A stretch of 64,000 nucleotides of DNA from positions 32,001 to 96,000 of the forward strand of contig JAZDKZ010000006.1 in assembly GCA_043802485.1 (NCBI GenBank), in the 5' to 3' direction. The position numbers and the translations under genes were made by a program. The notes under the pieces were generated by a model. It saw nothing but the letters and a program-made list of their open reading frames with translations. It searched no databases and was not told where the DNA came from. Positions 18,477-29,756 of the stretch are shown in pieces; position 1 is the first letter of the stretch, and each line of letters opens with the position of its first letter. This DNA is from Candidatus Aenigmatarchaeota archaeon. GTDB taxonomy: Archaea > Aenigmatarchaeota > Aenigmatarchaeia > Aenigmatarchaeales > Aenigmatarchaeaceae.

Positions 18477-18788
18477 ATGGTAATCAAGAGAGTCAAGCGT
18501 CACTGGGGCATACACATGGACTACTTCAAGCTACATCTGAGGAACAGGCGCAAGGTTGCCAGATGCCCGATATGCGAGAAGAATATCAACGAGATAAAGA
18601 CCCTCATATTCTGCAGAAAGTGCGACGCAAAGTTCTCCAGATACACAGAGAAAAGGAAGAAGAATGTAATCAACAAGATGACATCAATTCATAGCAATAA
18701 AAAGTGCTTCCTGTGCAAAGAGGAAGTGACAAAGTCAGAGAATAGGATGTTCTACTGCGCTCATTGTGACATCTCCTTTCATCTATAA
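18477..18788 (+). CDS. Double zinc-ribbon protein
   Basis: Four CxxC pairs. Confidence 0.7.
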   Translation: MVIKRVKRHWGIHMDYFKLHLRNRRKVARCPICEKNINEIKTLIFCRKCDAKFSRYTEKRKKNVINKMTSIHSNKKCFLCKEEVTKSENRMFYCAHCDISFHL

Positions 18789-18832
18789 AAATAAACTTAA
18801 ATATTTAATCAGTTCATTAAATTCTAGATTTT

Positions 18833-19174
18833 ATGACAATATTCAAAGACGTTAATTCAGAAGCATTGAAATTCTTGAGAGATAGGAAAGGTATGGTAGA
18901 ATATTTTGGCACGGAGATGGATAATCCTGTCAGAAACAGTCTGATAGAGTCCGTTCTTTATGTTGGCGATGTTCTGCAGAAGGGTTCGGGAGATATCAGC
19001 ATGCTAGAGAACTATGCTCAACTTTTGCTGGATTCTGGAATAATCCAAGAAAAGGACGGAAAGATTGCCATGTCCGAGGAAGGCAAAAAAACTTTCAGAG
19101 ACCTGTATAATGCATATACAATAAGTAGGATAAAGGCTCTTTACCCTGTCCTTGAAGACCTCAAGAATTCCTGA
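18833..19174 (+). CDS. Hypothetical protein (possible wHTH)
   Basis: 113-aa ORF; LLDSGII...SEEGK pattern. Confidence 0.55.
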   Translation: MTIFKDVNSEALKFLRDRKGMVEYFGTEMDNPVRNSLIESVLYVGDVLQKGSGDISMLENYAQLLLDSGIIQEKDGKIAMSEEGKKTFRDLYNAYTISRIKALYPVLEDLKNS

Positions 19175-19295
19175 TGGGTCTTTAAATACATAATCAGCTC
19201 AATCTATAAAGTCCCAAAGGGACAGGTCAGATTCGGTTTATGAAGCTCGAAAAAAGAGATGGTTCTGAAAAAGACCAAAGAGTTGTGAATTCTTT

Positions 19296-19565
19296 ATGTA
19301 TGATTTCCAAAGCCTAAACAATATATCTAAAAAGATTAAAAATGCCAAAGGTAATGGCAAGCAGCTTCTGGACACGTTTGATGGTGATTCGGAGGACCCG
19401 CCCGATTCTATTGAAGAAAAGGAAGATGTTGAAGACAAGAAAAGTGGGGTCGTCTACAAGTTGAAGACCATTGAACCAGAGGAGATTGATTATGAGATAT
19501 ACAAAAGCATCTCCTACGAGCAGTTCACTTTCGACTGGGAATCTTTAAATACTTTTATAAGATAA
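19296..19565 (+). CDS. Acidic hypothetical protein
   Basis: 89-aa ORF. Confidence 0.4.
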   Translation: MYDFQSLNNISKKIKNAKGNGKQLLDTFDGDSEDPPDSIEEKEDVEDKKSGVVYKLKTIEPEEIDYEIYKSISYEQFTFDWESLNTFIR

Positions 19566-19572
19566 TAAGGAA

Positions 19573-19691
19573 TGGTTGCCGGCCAAAGAGTGTAGGCAAG
19601 ATCCGTTCCCATCCCGAACACGGTAATGAATCTACACTTCGTTTTCGGTTGTACTATAGAAAATATGGGAAGCCGAGGGCGCTGGTTACCA
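19573..19691 (+). rRNA. rrf: 5S rRNA (stand-alone)
   Basis: Terminal helix TGGTTGCC/GGTTACCA, CCGTTCCCATCCCGAACACGG loop C, GTACT and TGGGAA loop E, followed by a T-run. Confidence 0.92.
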
Positions 19692-19990
19692 CTTTTTTTC
19701 ATCTCTATAAATATTTTGGGACCTATAATTCTATTAGGTAATATGACAGTTCCAGAGGGTCTCGATAGATGCCAGTTTGGAGCGTTTTTTGTTTCTTTAG
19801 ACTCGGTTCAATATAAGCAGACTGAGAAAGAATATGCCGCAAGGGGTATCGCGAGACGGAGACGCATGAGAATTGATAGTGTTAGAAATGTGTATCTTAT
19901 CAACCTTTGTAAAACCATTAGCAAGACCGTGTAGCGGTTTTCTTCAAAGAAAAGATATTTAAATAATCTTCTAAATAAAAGAATAGATAT

Positions 19991-20062
19991 GCCTCGGTAG
20001 TATAGCGGTTAGTATATGGGCCTGTCGAGTCCGTGACCTGGGTTCGAATCCCAGCCGAGGCG
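19991..20062 (+). tRNA. tRNA-Asp(GUC)
   Basis: GCCTCGG/CCGAGGC acceptor, CT-GTC-GA loop, GGTTCGAATCC. Confidence 0.95.
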
Positions 20063-20064
20063 CA

Positions 20065-20334
20065 GTGATTTTTATGTCGGTCACACTAAAATTGGACAAG
20101 GGGATGATAGAGAGACTTGTCGAGTGGACCGACATAGGACCTGACGATTCGAGGAACCTGACAGGCAAGGAGCTGACCCTGGAGCTGAATGACAGGGAGG
20201 TTCTGATAGAGCTGCACAAGAAGGACAGGACTATGGAAATATCTGACCTAAACGGCAGCTTTGGTATCTGGTTCAAGATCACGGACGAAAAGGTCGAGAA
20301 GTTTAAAAAGATAATTGAATTCATGGGCCCGTAA
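20065..20334 (+). CDS. Hypothetical protein between tRNA-Asp and tRNA-Lys
   Basis: 89-aa ORF with host-like codon usage; stop lies inside tRNA-Lys 5' end. Confidence 0.6.
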   Translation: MIFMSVTLKLDKGMIERLVEWTDIGPDDSRNLTGKELTLELNDREVLIELHKKDRTMEISDLNGSFGIWFKITDEKVEKFKKIIEFMGP

Positions 20335-20446
20335 CTCAGTCGGTAGAGTGCCAGGCTTTTATCTGTTAGATAAAAGCATGTGTAACGCGAAAGCGTGATG
20401 ACAGGAAGAAACCTGGAAGTCGTGGGTTCGAACCCCGCCGGGCCCA
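20325..20446 (+). tRNA. tRNA-Lys(UUU) with 49-nt intron (20362-20410)
   Basis: GGGCCCG/CGGGCCC, CCAGG/CCTGG stem; BHB with CTTT:GAAG central helix and CTGT:ACAG. Confidence 0.92.
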
Positions 20447-20478
20447 CTTTTTTATACACGTGTTCTAATAATTCTATT

Positions 20479-20859
20479 ATGAAATTCCAGAAGGAGTTCT
20501 ATTATTGCTTTGCCGGAGTTATTGCCCTTCTTTTAGTTTATCTTCTCTTCTCCTTCACACTCAATCTCAAGCTACAGCTGTTGTTCTCCTTCCTTTCTAT
20601 AATAACTGGTTCGGTGATGGTCGTGCTCGGCTTTTGGGGGTCTGACTTTGCCTTTGCCATTGCCCTGAAGCAGCTGGATCAGAGCAGGGCTAGGGGCAAG
20701 TTCAAGGGTAAGAAGAGGATGGTCTTCGTCCCGTTCATGGGCAACTACACGCCTTTGGAATGGTGGAACATCAACTGGTTCGTGACTCTGATGGGTGTTT
20801 TCCTTGTCGTCTTGGGCTCACTTGTTCTCGGGATAATGGTTGGTGTGTATGTTTTTTAA
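20479..20859 (+). CDS. Hypothetical membrane protein
   Basis: Three hydrophobic helices; ATG 20479. Confidence 0.7.
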   Translation: MKFQKEFYYCFAGVIALLLVYLLFSFTLNLKLQLLFSFLSIITGSVMVVLGFWGSDFAFAIALKQLDQSRARGKFKGKKRMVFVPFMGNYTPLEWWNINWFVTLMGVFLVVLGSLVLGIMVGVYVF

Positions 20860-20885
20860 TTGTTGGGCACAATAAAAAGTATAAC

Positions 20886-20997
20886 GTCGAGATAGCTCAG
20901 CCTGGTTAGAGCGCCGGTCTCATAAAATCATTATGAGATTTGACATCCAAGATGATATGGAATCCGGAGGTCGTGGGTTCAAATCCCATTCTCGACA
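20886..20997 (+). tRNA. tRNA-Met(CAU), elongator, with 37-nt intron (20925-20961)
   Basis: GTCGAGA/TCTCGAC acceptor, CCGGT-CT-CAT-A...A-TCCGG, U31:U39. Confidence 0.88.
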
Positions 20998-21056
20998 TTC
21001 TTTGAAATCTTTAAATAGATTTACGGCACCAATACTGGTTCTAGAGGTGATAAAAA

Positions 21057-21161
21057 ATGAAAAATGACAAGATAGAAAACGGGCTTCCTGAAATTGAAAA
21101 AAAGAAAGAAGGCGTTTATAAGAACAAACTCGAAGAATCTTGGTACTTTATACATTCCTGA
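21057..21161 (+). CDS. Small protein (34 aa)
   Basis: GAGGTGA RBS then MKNDKIENGLPEIEKKKEGVYKNKLEESWYFIHS. Confidence 0.45.
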   Translation: MKNDKIENGLPEIEKKKEGVYKNKLEESWYFIHS

Positions 21162-21169
21162 AAATAATT

Positions 21170-21838
21170 CTACCAGTATGTGTTCTGCTTCTTACCCAAC
21201 CTCAACCTGATAAAGTTGAGCAGGTAGAACTTGAAGGCCTTTCTGTGGAAAGAGTCCTCGAACCTTCTTGCTGAGATGGGCATGTAGAGCTCTCGGAAGA
21301 ATCTTACTCTTCCATATTTCCTTATTCTTGTGCTTAGTTCGAAATCCTCGAGGAAATTGACCTTGAACGGGTGCTTTAGCAGTTTGCTTCTCTTGAAGGC
21401 GCAATTGGAGCCGCAGATGCACGGATACTTGAAGGCCGATGTGGCTTCAAGGAAAAGGTCGCCCCACACCTTGAGGCCTATCTTGGTTTTGGTGTTGGCA
21501 TCATAGGGAATTATGGGTCCGTAGACGCCGATGTTGTTGTCTATCAGCTTCTCTATATTTTCCACCCAGTTCTCTGGGGGTCTGGAGTCTGCGTCGCAAT
21601 AAGCCACTATGTCGCCTTTTGCTGACTTGCAGCCGAGGTTCCTCGCGTCTGCTATGCCCTTCTTATTGTCCTTGATAATCCTGTCCGCGTACTTTTTTGC
21701 TATCTTTATTGTCTTGTCTTTGGAGTGGCCGTCGACAACAATTATCTCCGGTTTCACTGTCTGATTCTTTAGGCACTCTAGGCACTTTTTGATGTACCTT
21801 TCCTCGTTCTTGGTGCAGACAACTACAGAGACTGACAT
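21170..21838 (-). CDS. Glycosyltransferase family 2
   Basis: SVVVCTKNEE, VVDGHSKD, ARNLG, CDAD, ED motifs. Confidence 0.92.
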   Translation of the reverse strand: MSVSVVVCTKNEERYIKKCLECLKNQTVKPEIIVVDGHSKDKTIKIAKKYADRIIKDNKKGIADARNLGCKSAKGDIVAYCDADSRPPENWVENIEKLIDNNIGVYGPIIPYDANTKTKIGLKVWGDLFLEATSAFKYPCICGSNCAFKRSKLLKHPFKVNFLEDFELSTRIRKYGRVRFFRELYMPISARRFEDSFHRKAFKFYLLNFIRLRLGKKQNTYW

Positions 21839-21879
21839 AAGAAAGATATTTAAAATATGTCAATATATAATTGATTTAT

Positions 21880-21953
21880 GCCTCGATAACTCAGTTGGTT
21901 AGAGTGCCTCACTTGTAATGAGGATGTCGGGGGTTCGAGTCCCTCTCGAGGCT
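21880..21953 (+). tRNA. tRNA-Thr(UGU)
   Basis: GCCTCGA/TCGAGGC, CCTCA-CT-TGT-AA-TGAGG. Confidence 0.95.
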
Positions 21954-22000
21954 TTTTAATTTCAGAAAGCCTTTTAAACCAGTCTTTGCAATATAGAATT

Positions 22001-22264
22001 ATGAAAATGGTATTGACAATGATATTAACTGTTATACTTTTTGTCATAGGAATAGCTCTTGTGGTGATGAACCCTTTGAACGCCTTGGCGATAACATTCG
22101 GTATGTTCCTTGTGGCGGTTTCGATACTGAATGTTGCTATACAGGTGTACTTTCCTTCTCAACCGTTGAGCACAGTTGAATTGAGGGTCGTCCAGCCGGA
22201 GAAAAAAGCCAAGAAAAAACCTGTCAAAAGGGTCGCAAAAGGGAAAAAGAGCAGGAAAAGATAA
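22001..22264 (+). CDS. Small membrane protein with basic C-terminal tail
   Basis: Two TM helices, Lys-rich tail. Confidence 0.65.
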   Translation: MKMVLTMILTVILFVIGIALVVMNPLNALAITFGMFLVAVSILNVAIQVYFPSQPLSTVELRVVQPEKKAKKKPVKRVAKGKKSRKR

Positions 22265-22364
22265 ACATTCGACAAATAGTAAACTTTATAAGCATTAAAA
22301 ATCTATAAATGAAATACCTTTTAAGGTTTTACTCTATTTTTAGAGTAATCTATATGGTGATGAA

Positions 22365-22616
22365 TTGGAAAAGGAGTATAGTGTTCTAAAGCACGTGTTA
22401 GTTCCGAAACATACTATTCTTAATGATGAAGAAAAAAAGGAACTTTTTGACAAAATGAAGATAAAATCCAGAAACCTGCCCAAGATATCCAACACAGATC
22501 CTGTCGTAAAGGAGCTTGGTGCGAAAGAGGGCGATGTTCTAATGATAGACAGAAAGTCTCCAGTTTCCAAAAGCACAACCTACTACAGGGTTGTTGTCAA
22601 GAAAAAGAGAGCGTGA
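22365..22616 (+). CDS. rpoH: RNA polymerase subunit Rpo5 (H)
   Basis: HVLVPKH, LPKI..DPV, YYRVV. Confidence 0.96.
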   Translation: MEKEYSVLKHVLVPKHTILNDEEKKELFDKMKIKSRNLPKISNTDPVVKELGAKEGDVLMIDRKSPVSKSTTYYRVVVKKKRA

Positions 22617-22620
22617 TTTT

Positions 22621-25600
22621 ATGAATGATGTTTTAAACGCCTTCAAAAAAGATGTCGGTTTTGTCAGATTCCAGATTAACAGCTACAACAACTTTGTTGA
22701 CAACCGTCTGCAGAAGATAATCGAAGAGATTGGGGAGATAAGACCAGAGGTTCCCGAGATTGGGGAACTGGTGATAAAATTCGGCAAAGTCTCCATCGGC
22801 AGGCCTTGCGTCAAGGAGGCAGAGGGAGGTATCAGGGAGATAATGCCTACTGAGGCAAGGTTAAGGGACTTTTCCTATACTGCCCCGGTTTACCTTGAGG
22901 CAACGCCTATTGTCAACAAGGTGGAGCAGGAGCCTGTGAGCGTTCTTCTGGCTGAAATACCGATCATGGTCAAATCCAAATTATGCCCGTTGAGCAAGAT
23001 GAACAGCCAGGAGCTGGAGGAAATCGGAGAGGACCCAGACGATACTGGGGGCTATTTTATCATCAACGGAACAGAAAGAGTGCTTGTCCTGATAGAGGAG
23101 ATAGCGCCCAACAGGATGATTCTTGAGAAGCAGAAAGTGAGCAACTATACCGAGATGATAAGGATAAACTCGGAGAGGAACGGCTTTATCCAGAGGCATA
23201 CGATAGACAGGAAGAACGACGGTTCTATTTACATTTCATTCGCAAACATAAGGAGACTGCCGATTGTTGTTCTGCTAAAGCTTCTTGGCCTGGAAAAGGA
23301 CAAGGAGATAATCGATGGGCTGGAAGACGAAAAGATAATCAACGAGTTTTATGTTAATTTGTACGAGACTGACGTGCAGACAAAGGCCGATGCCATGGAG
23401 TTTGTGGGCAAGCACCTGAAGATTGTCCAGAAGGAATACAGAAAGCAGAGGGTCGAGCAGATAATAAGCAAGTACCTGCTGCCTCATCTGGGACAGGACG
23501 CAAAGAACAAGATTGACAAGGCAAACTACTTGTTAAAGGCGATAAGGAAGATTATTGACTTTTCTCTGGGGAACATACCAGAAGACGATTTGGATCATTA
23601 TGGTAACAAGAGGATTAAATTGTCAGGTGACTTGCTTGAATTATTGTTCAGGTCAATCCTTGTCGGAAGATGGGGTTTGATTGCAAGGATAAAGTACAAC
23701 TATCAGAAGATGGCCAAAAGAGGCAAGCTGCCTCCTGTTCAAACAATAGTCGAGGCTAATGTTGTTACAAACCAGCTGGCGTCTGCAATGGCAACTGGTG
23801 CATGGATTGGCGGAAGGACAGGCGTCTCGCAGAGGCTGGAAAGGAAAAATTATATTGATACGCTTTCTCACTTGAGATTGGTTCTCTCTCCTCTGACATC
23901 AACACAGGAGCACTTTGAGGCAAGAGAGCTGCACCCGACACACTGGCAGAGGTTCTGCCCGGCAGAAACTCCAGAAGGTCCGACAATCGGTCTGAGAAAG
24001 CACCTTGCCTTGTTTGCAGAGGTGACAAAGGGTCTGAACGATGTTGAGAAGAAGAAAGTGATAGCATCCATAAAGCTTGATGAAGCCGGTGTTGATGTTT
24101 ATCTGGACGGTGTTCCTATAGGTTATTCATCGAATCATGAAAAGTTCCTTGCTGACCTGAGAGAAAAGAGAAGGAGCGGTAAGATATCCAACGAAGTCAA
24201 CTTTGTGTTCCATCCAAAACTTGACGAGATAAGGATAAACACAGATTCTGGAAGATTGAGAAGGCCTTTGATAATCCTTGAAGACAGCAGGCCCAAGCTG
24301 ACAGACGAGATAATGCAGAAGCTGAAGAACAGCGAGATAAAGTGGAAGGATCTTACAAAGCTCGGCTGCATAGAGTATCTTGACGCAGAAGAGGAGGACT
24401 CTGTTCTTGTTGCATTGAAGGACAAGGACATAACCACTGCCCATACTCACTTGGAGATGTCCACCATTGCCATATTCGGTTTGACAGCAAGCCTGATAAC
24501 TTTCCCCGAGCACAACAGGGGAGACAGGGTATGCTACGGAGCAAAGATGATAAACCAATCCATAGGTTTCTACCAGTCAAACTTTTTGCTGAGAAGCGAC
24601 ACAAAGTCTAACATTTTAATCTATCCTCAGGTTCCTTTGGTCGAGACTGACACTGTCAGCGCCTCTGGTTTAGATCACCATCCTGCAGGCCAGAACGTTG
24701 TGGTAGCAATAGCATGCCACAAGGGCTACAACATGTTTGACTCGGCAGTTTTCAACAAATCCTCCATAGAGAGGGGAATGTTCAGGTCCATGTTCTACAG
24801 GGTCTATCCTGCAGAGGAGAAGAGGTACTGGGGAGGTCAGGAGGACGAGATGAGGGTACCTGACAAGGATGTGAGAGGCTACAGGAGCGAGGAAGAGTAT
24901 GCCAGGTTGGCAGACGACGGAATCCTGTCGCCAGAGACTCAGGTAAAAAGCGATGACGTTCTCATCGGCAGGGTGTCGCCGTTAAGATTCCTTTCCGCAA
25001 ACGAGCTGATGACAGGCATCGCGAACACCAGGGAAAGCTCGATAACAATGAGGCATGGAGAGATAGGCGTTGTCGACAGAGTCCTGCTATCAGAGACAAC
25101 GAACGGCAACAAGTATGTCAAGATATCCATAAGAGACTTGAGAGTTCCAGAGCTTGGTGACAAGTTCGCCTCAAGGCACGGACAAAAATCTGTCGTGGGT
25201 TTGATACAGACTCATGACAACATGCCCTTTACATCAACAGGCGTAGTTCCTGATGTCATTCTTAACCCGCATTCCATTCCATCAAGGCAGACCATCGGGC
25301 AGCTGTTGGAGATTATAGCTGGCAAGACCGCTGCTATGAGCGGCAAAAAGTCGAATTCTTCTGCCTTTGAAAGCGAGAACGAGTATGATCTGAGAAAGAA
25401 GCTTGGTGAGCTTGGCCTCAGGTCTGACGGAAAGGAAGTCATGTACAACGGCATAACCGGAGAGAAATTCGATGTGGAGATATTCACAGGAGTTCTCTAT
25501 TACCAGAAGCTGGACCACATGGTTGCCAACAAGATACAGGCAAGGTCAAGAGGGCCTGTCACGCTTTTGACAAGGCAGCCTACAGAGGGAAAGGCCAAGG

Positions 25601-28356
25601 AAGGTGGTTTGAGGTTGGGAGAGATGGAAAAGGACTGTTTGATTGCTCATGGCGCTGTGCTGACATTGAAGGAAAGGTTTGATTCTGACAAGGTTGTGAT
25701 TCCGTTCTGCAAGAAATGTGGCTTGGTTGCCTTGTGGAGCAAGGTACAGGAAAAGAACGTTTGCCCTGCGTGCAAAGGCGATGATGTTGCTGATGTCGAG
25801 ATGTCTTATGCTTTCAAGCTTCTGTTGGACGAGTTAAAGTCCATGCTGATGTACCCGAAGATCGGCATAAAGGGCAGTCTGATAGATTCTGTGGGTTTCA
25901 ATCTCATGTCGCCGCAGATGGTAAAGAAGATGGCTGTGGCAGAGATAACCAAACCAGAGTTGTATGACAACGACGGCTTCCCGTTAGAGGGCGGTGTGAT
26001 GGATCCAAGGTTGGGTGTCATCGACCCAGGTCTCAAATGTAGGACCTGTGGCAAGGGAATGAGTTCGGATTTCGGCCACTTTGGTTACATCGAATTGACA
26101 AAGCCAGTCATTAATGTTCTATACTCAAAGCTGATTTACAAGGTGTTGAAGGTTCTTTGCAAGTCTTGTGGAAGAGTTACGTCCGTGTCAAAGACATCAA
26201 CGCCAAAGAAATGCCCGCATTGCGGCGAGGAAGTCGAGCCAGTAAAGTTCCAAAAGCCTTACAGCTTCATGGAAGGGGAAAGATATCTCACTTCTCTTGA
26301 AGTCAGGGAGAGACTGGAGAAGATAACCGAAGAGGACTTGGAGCTATTGGGCATAAGGGGCGGAAGGCCAGAATGGCTGATCATAACCCTGCTGCCCGTG
26401 TCGCCTGTCACAATGAGACCTTCAATAACCCTGGAGACAGGAGAGAGAAGCGAGGACGACCTGACACATAAGCTGGTTGACATCATAAGAATTAATCAGA
26501 GGCTAAAGGAAAACATAGAGATAGGCGCGCCAGACTTTATCATAGGCGACCTATGGGAGCTATTACAGTATCATGTTGCAACATTCCTGGACAACAGCCT
26601 TTCAGGAATACCTGCTGCAAGACACAGGTCTGGCAGACCTTTGAAGACTCTGTCCAGTAGGTTAAAGTCAAAGGAAGGAAGATTCAGGCAGAACCTGACC
26701 GGCAAGAGAGTTAACTTTTCCGCAAGAACTGTCATATCGCCTGATCCGTGCATAAGCATCAACGAGGTCGGCGTTCCAATTGTCATAGCAAAGGAGCTGA
26801 CAATACCGATGACAGTCACAGAGGGTAATATTGACGACATAAAGGAAATGATAGAGAGGTCGCCCATGTGGCCTTCTGTCAACTACATATTCAGGCCTGA
26901 CGGCAAGAGGAAGAAGGTATCTGACGAGACAAAGGCAGAGATTATAGAGGAACTTGCTCCTGGCTACATAGTCGAGAGGCACCTTAGAAACGGCGACATT
27001 GTCCTTTTCAACAGGCAGCCTTCTCTTCACAGAATGTCCATAATGGCTCACAAGGTAAAGGTGACTCCTTGGAGAACCTTTACCCTGAACTTGTGCACAT
27101 GCCCTCCTTACAATGCTGATTTCGACGGCGACGAGATGAACCTCCATGTCCTTCAGACAGAGGAGGCGCAGACCGAGGCAAAGCTCTTGATGAGCGTGCA
27201 GAACCATATCAGGTCGCCAAGGTTCGGAGGTCCTATCATAGGATGCAGAGAGGACCACATATCAGGATGCTACATGCTTACTCACAAGGACACTGTGATG
27301 AGCAGGGAGGATGCGTTCAAACTGCTTTCCGATGTCGGTGTGTTTGCCGACCTTCCAAAGAAGAAGACGTTTACAGGCAAGGAAGTATTCAGTTATCTTC
27401 TGCCAAAGGATTTGTATGTGGAATTCAAGTCAAAGGCATGCGGCTGTGACGATTGTGTCAAGGGAACATGTCCGAATGATGGTTATGTTGTTATCAAAGG
27501 AGGAAACCTGAAAAGAGGCCTGATAGACTCCAAGGCAATAAGCTCAGAGCACGGCAAGCTTATCGATGTCATTGAAAAAGAATTCGGCTGCGATGTTGCG
27601 CATGAGTTCATAGACAGGGTCTCTTCAATAGGTATAAAGTACTTGGACAGGACTGGTTTCACAATCGGTCTTGATGATATCGATTTGAAAAAAGATGTAA
27701 CAGAAAAAATAGCCAAGTATATTGAAAAGGCAAAGATGGAAGTTAACGAGTTGATTGAAATGTACAGGCAGGGAAAGATAGAATTGCTGCCAGGGAGCGA
27801 TGCCAAGGAGAGTCTGGAAGCGCACATACTCATGACGCTCTCAAAGCCGACAGAGGCTGCTGAAAAGTTAATAAAGGAATCAATAGGGGACAACTGCGCT
27901 ATTGCCATGGCAAAGTCTGGAGCAAGAGCATCCATAACACACATGATACAGCTCTCGGCTTTCACTGGTCAGGCTAGGATACTAGGAGAGAGAGTCCACA
28001 GAGGTTTCAGGGACAGGACGCTGCCTCACTTTATGGTCGGAGACCTTTCCCCAAGAGCTCACGGTTTTTCGTCAAACAGCTTCAAATCAGGTTTAAATCC
28101 TTTCGAGTTCTTCTTTGATGTAGTGTCGGGAAGGGAATCGCTTATGGACAAATCTTTGAGGACAAGGCATAGCGGTTACTTGGAAAGAAGGCTCATGAAC
28201 GCCTTGCAGGACCTGGTAGTCGATTATAATTATGTAGTCAAGGACAACCATAACATAATAATCCAGTTCACTGCAGGAGAGGACAAGATAGACCCTGCAA
28301 AGTCTGACTGGGGAACCCTTGACATAAAGTCAATCATACAGTCCGTGATTAGGTGA
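22621..28356 (+). CDS. rpoB-rpoA1: Fused RNA polymerase Rpo2 (B) and Rpo1N (A')
   Basis: Rpo2 motifs ([30 protein letters not shown]) continue in frame into Rpo1N motifs ([23 protein letters not shown]). Confidence 0.93.
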   Translation: MNDVLNAFKKDVGFVRFQINSYNNFVDNRLQKIIEEIGEIRPEVPEIGELVIKFGKVSIGRPCVKEAEGGIREIMPTEARLRDFSYTAPVYLEATPIVNKVEQEPVSVLLAEIPIMVKSKLCPLSKMNSQELEEIGEDPDDTGGYFIINGTERVLVLIEEIAPNRMILEKQKVSNYTEMIRINSERNGFIQRHTIDRKNDGSIYISFANIRRLPIVVLLKLLGLEKDKEIIDGLEDEKIINEFYVNLYETDVQTKADAMEFVGKHLKIVQKEYRKQRVEQIISKYLLPHLGQDAKNKIDKANYLLKAIRKIIDFSLGNIPEDDLDHYGNKRIKLSGDLLELLFRSILVGRWGLIARIKYNYQKMAKRGKLPPVQTIVEANVVTNQLASAMATGAWIGGRTGVSQRLERKNYIDTLSHLRLVLSPLTSTQEHFEARELHPTHWQRFCPAETPEGPTIGLRKHLALFAEVTKGLNDVEKKKVIASIKLDEAGVDVYLDGVPIGYSSNHEKFLADLREKRRSGKISNEVNFVFHPKLDEIRINTDSGRLRRPLIILEDSRPKLTDEIMQKLKNSEIKWKDLTKLGCIEYLDAEEEDSVLVALKDKDITTAHTHLEMSTIAIFGLTASLITFPEHNRGDRVCYGAKMINQSIGFYQSNFLLRSDTKSNILIYPQVPLVETDTVSASGLDHHPAGQNVVVAIACHKGYNMFDSAVFNKSSIERGMFRSMFYRVYPAEEKRYWGGQEDEMRVPDKDVRGYRSEEEYARLADDGILSPETQVKSDDVLIGRVSPLRFLSANELMTGIANTRESSITMRHGEIGVVDRVLLSETTNGNKYVKISIRDLRVPELGDKFASRHGQKSVVGLIQTHDNMPFTSTGVVPDVILNPHSIPSRQTIGQLLEIIAGKTAAMSGKKSNSSAFESENEYDLRKKLGELGLRSDGKEVMYNGITGEKFDVEIFTGVLYYQKLDHMVANKIQARSRGPVTLLTRQPTEGKAKEGGLRLGEMEKDCLIAHGAVLTLKERFDSDKVVIPFCKKCGLVALWSKVQEKNVCPACKGDDVADVEMSYAFKLLLDELKSMLMYPKIGIKGSLIDSVGFNLMSPQMVKKMAVAEITKPELYDNDGFPLEGGVMDPRLGVIDPGLKCRTCGKGMSSDFGHFGYIELTKPVINVLYSKLIYKVLKVLCKSCGRVTSVSKTSTPKKCPHCGEEVEPVKFQKPYSFMEGERYLTSLEVRERLEKITEEDLELLGIRGGRPEWLIITLLPVSPVTMRPSITLETGERSEDDLTHKLVDIIRINQRLKENIEIGAPDFIIGDLWELLQYHVATFLDNSLSGIPAARHRSGRPLKTLSSRLKSKEGRFRQNLTGKRVNFSARTVISPDPCISINEVGVPIVIAKELTIPMTVTEGNIDDIKEMIERSPMWPSVNYIFRPDGKRKKVSDETKAEIIEELAPGYIVERHLRNGDIVLFNRQPSLHRMSIMAHKVKVTPWRTFTLNLCTCPPYNADFDGDEMNLHVLQTEEAQTEAKLLMSVQNHIRSPRFGGPIIGCREDHISGCYMLTHKDTVMSREDAFKLLSDVGVFADLPKKKTFTGKEVFSYLLPKDLYVEFKSKACGCDDCVKGTCPNDGYVVIKGGNLKRGLIDSKAISSEHGKLIDVIEKEFGCDVAHEFIDRVSSIGIKYLDRTGFTIGLDDIDLKKDVTEKIAKYIEKAKMEVNELIEMYRQGKIELLPGSDAKESLEAHILMTLSKPTEAAEKLIKESIGDNCAIAMAKSGARASITHMIQLSAFTGQARILGERVHRGFRDRTLPHFMVGDLSPRAHGFSSNSFKSGLNPFEFFFDVVSGRESLMDKSLRTRHSGYLERRLMNALQDLVVDYNYVVKDNHNIIIQFTAGEDKIDPAKSDWGTLDIKSIIQSVIR

Positions 28357-28360
28357 TAAT

Positions 28361-29497
28361 GTGAAATTGAAAGAAGCAGAAGCAATACTACCCCTGAAGA
28401 TTATTGACGACTTGGATAGAAACTTCAAGGAGTTCAAGCTTACTAGCGCTCAGAAGGAAAAGGTTATCAAGAAAACTGTAGAGCTGTACAAGCAGAGCTG
28501 CTACGACCCTGGCGAGGCTATTGGAGTTGTCGCAGCCCAGTCCATTTCTGAGCCAGCAACGCAGATGACCATGAGGACTTTCCACATAGCAGGGGCTGCA
28601 GAGATTAAAGTGACACTTGGTCTGCCAAGGCTTGTGGAGATATTTGATGCAAGAAGAGTCCCAAAGACACCTACCATGACAGTCTACATGAACAGCAGAC
28701 ATAACACGATGGAAAAGGCCCAAAAGGTCGCGTTCGACATACAGGAAACGCTTCTCGAGGATATTGCCATTGAGCCTGCTGTTGATTTGTTGAACATGAG
28801 GATTGAGATTCAGCTTGATGAGAAGATGCTAAAGGAAAAGAAGCTGACAGTAAAGAAAGTCGCAGAGAACCTGATGGAGAACACGAGGGTGAAGAAGATA
28901 AAGCTGAGCACAGGAAAGGACAGCCTTTTGATAAAGTCGGAGGATGAAGACATCACAATCAAAAAGTTGCAAAAGATAAAGTCAAAGGTTCTGAAAACCC
29001 ACATAAAGGGCGTCAAGAAGGTTACCGAGGTGAGGGTTTCCAACAAGGATGGCATGTGGGTTATAACAACTCTGGGCAGCAACCTTGCCGATGTACTGGA
29101 AGTGGAAGGAGTTGACACCACCAGGACAACATGCAACAACATACATGAGATAATAAAGGTCCTTGGCGTAGAGGCTACAAGGCAGTCCATAGTAGACAAT
29201 GTGATGGAAACCATGGAGGAAGGTGGATTGGATGTTGATGTTCGCCATGTTTTGTTGGTGGCAGACATGATGACATCGACAGGAACGATAAAGGCCATAG
29301 GCAGGTATGGAATTGCCGGTGCCAAGGGTTCTGTGCTGGCAAGGGCCAATTTCGAGGAGACCATGAAGCACCTGACAAAGGCTGCGGTAAGCGCCGAGGT
29401 CGACAATCTGGATTCTATAATAGAAAACGTCATGATAAACCAGGTCGTGCCCGTAGGCACGGGCATGTTCGATCTGGTATTCAAACCTAAAAAGTGA
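28361..29497 (+). CDS. rpoA2: RNA polymerase subunit Rpo1C (A'')
   Basis: [38 protein letters not shown]. Confidence 0.96.
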   Translation: MKLKEAEAILPLKIIDDLDRNFKEFKLTSAQKEKVIKKTVELYKQSCYDPGEAIGVVAAQSISEPATQMTMRTFHIAGAAEIKVTLGLPRLVEIFDARRVPKTPTMTVYMNSRHNTMEKAQKVAFDIQETLLEDIAIEPAVDLLNMRIEIQLDEKMLKEKKLTVKKVAENLMENTRVKKIKLSTGKDSLLIKSEDEDITIKKLQKIKSKVLKTHIKGVKKVTEVRVSNKDGMWVITTLGSNLADVLEVEGVDTTRTTCNNIHEIIKVLGVEATRQSIVDNVMETMEEGGLDVDVRHVLLVADMMTSTGTIKAIGRYGIAGAKGSVLARANFEETMKHLTKAAVSAEVDNLDSIIENVMINQVVPVGTGMFDLVFKPKK

Positions 29498-29501
29498 TTT
29501 T

Positions 29502-29756
29502 ATGAAAGAACTGAAAGATGCATTGAAAGAGAAAAAGGTCATCATGGGCACTGAGAGGACTGTGAAATGCCTAAAGTCTGGTGACGCAAGGGTCGTCGTG
29601 GTCGCAAGCAATTGTCCGGACGACGTGAAAAGCGACCTGGAAAAGTACACAAAACTTTCTGGCGTAAAACTAGAGAACTTTGACGGAACAGCAAAGCAGT
29701 TGGGCGTGTTCTGCGGTAAACCGTTTTCAATAGCAAGCCTAGCAATAGTGAAATAA
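29502..29756 (+). CDS. rpl30e: Ribosomal protein eL30
   Basis: VASNCP, LGVFCGKPF; canonical position after rpoA2. Confidence 0.93.
   Translation: MKELKDALKEKKVIMGTERTVKCLKSGDARVVVVASNCPDDVKSDLEKYTKLSGVKLENFDGTAKQLGVFCGKPFSIASLAIVK

Noticed and set aside
19175..19295. Possible small RNA with a GTCCC-AAA-GGGAC hairpin upstream of the 5S region
   Set aside because: Only a 5-bp stem and no convincing C/D, H/ACA or SRP features
19514..20478. ORFs 19514..19702, 19971..20459 and the 5' parts of 19626..19934 and 20395..20859
   Set aside because: They overlap 5S rRNA or tRNA genes and are shadow translations
22621..28356. Inteins explaining the 1921-aa polymerase ORF
   Set aside because: Length is accounted for by Rpo2 plus Rpo1N, and the conserved motifs checked are contiguous
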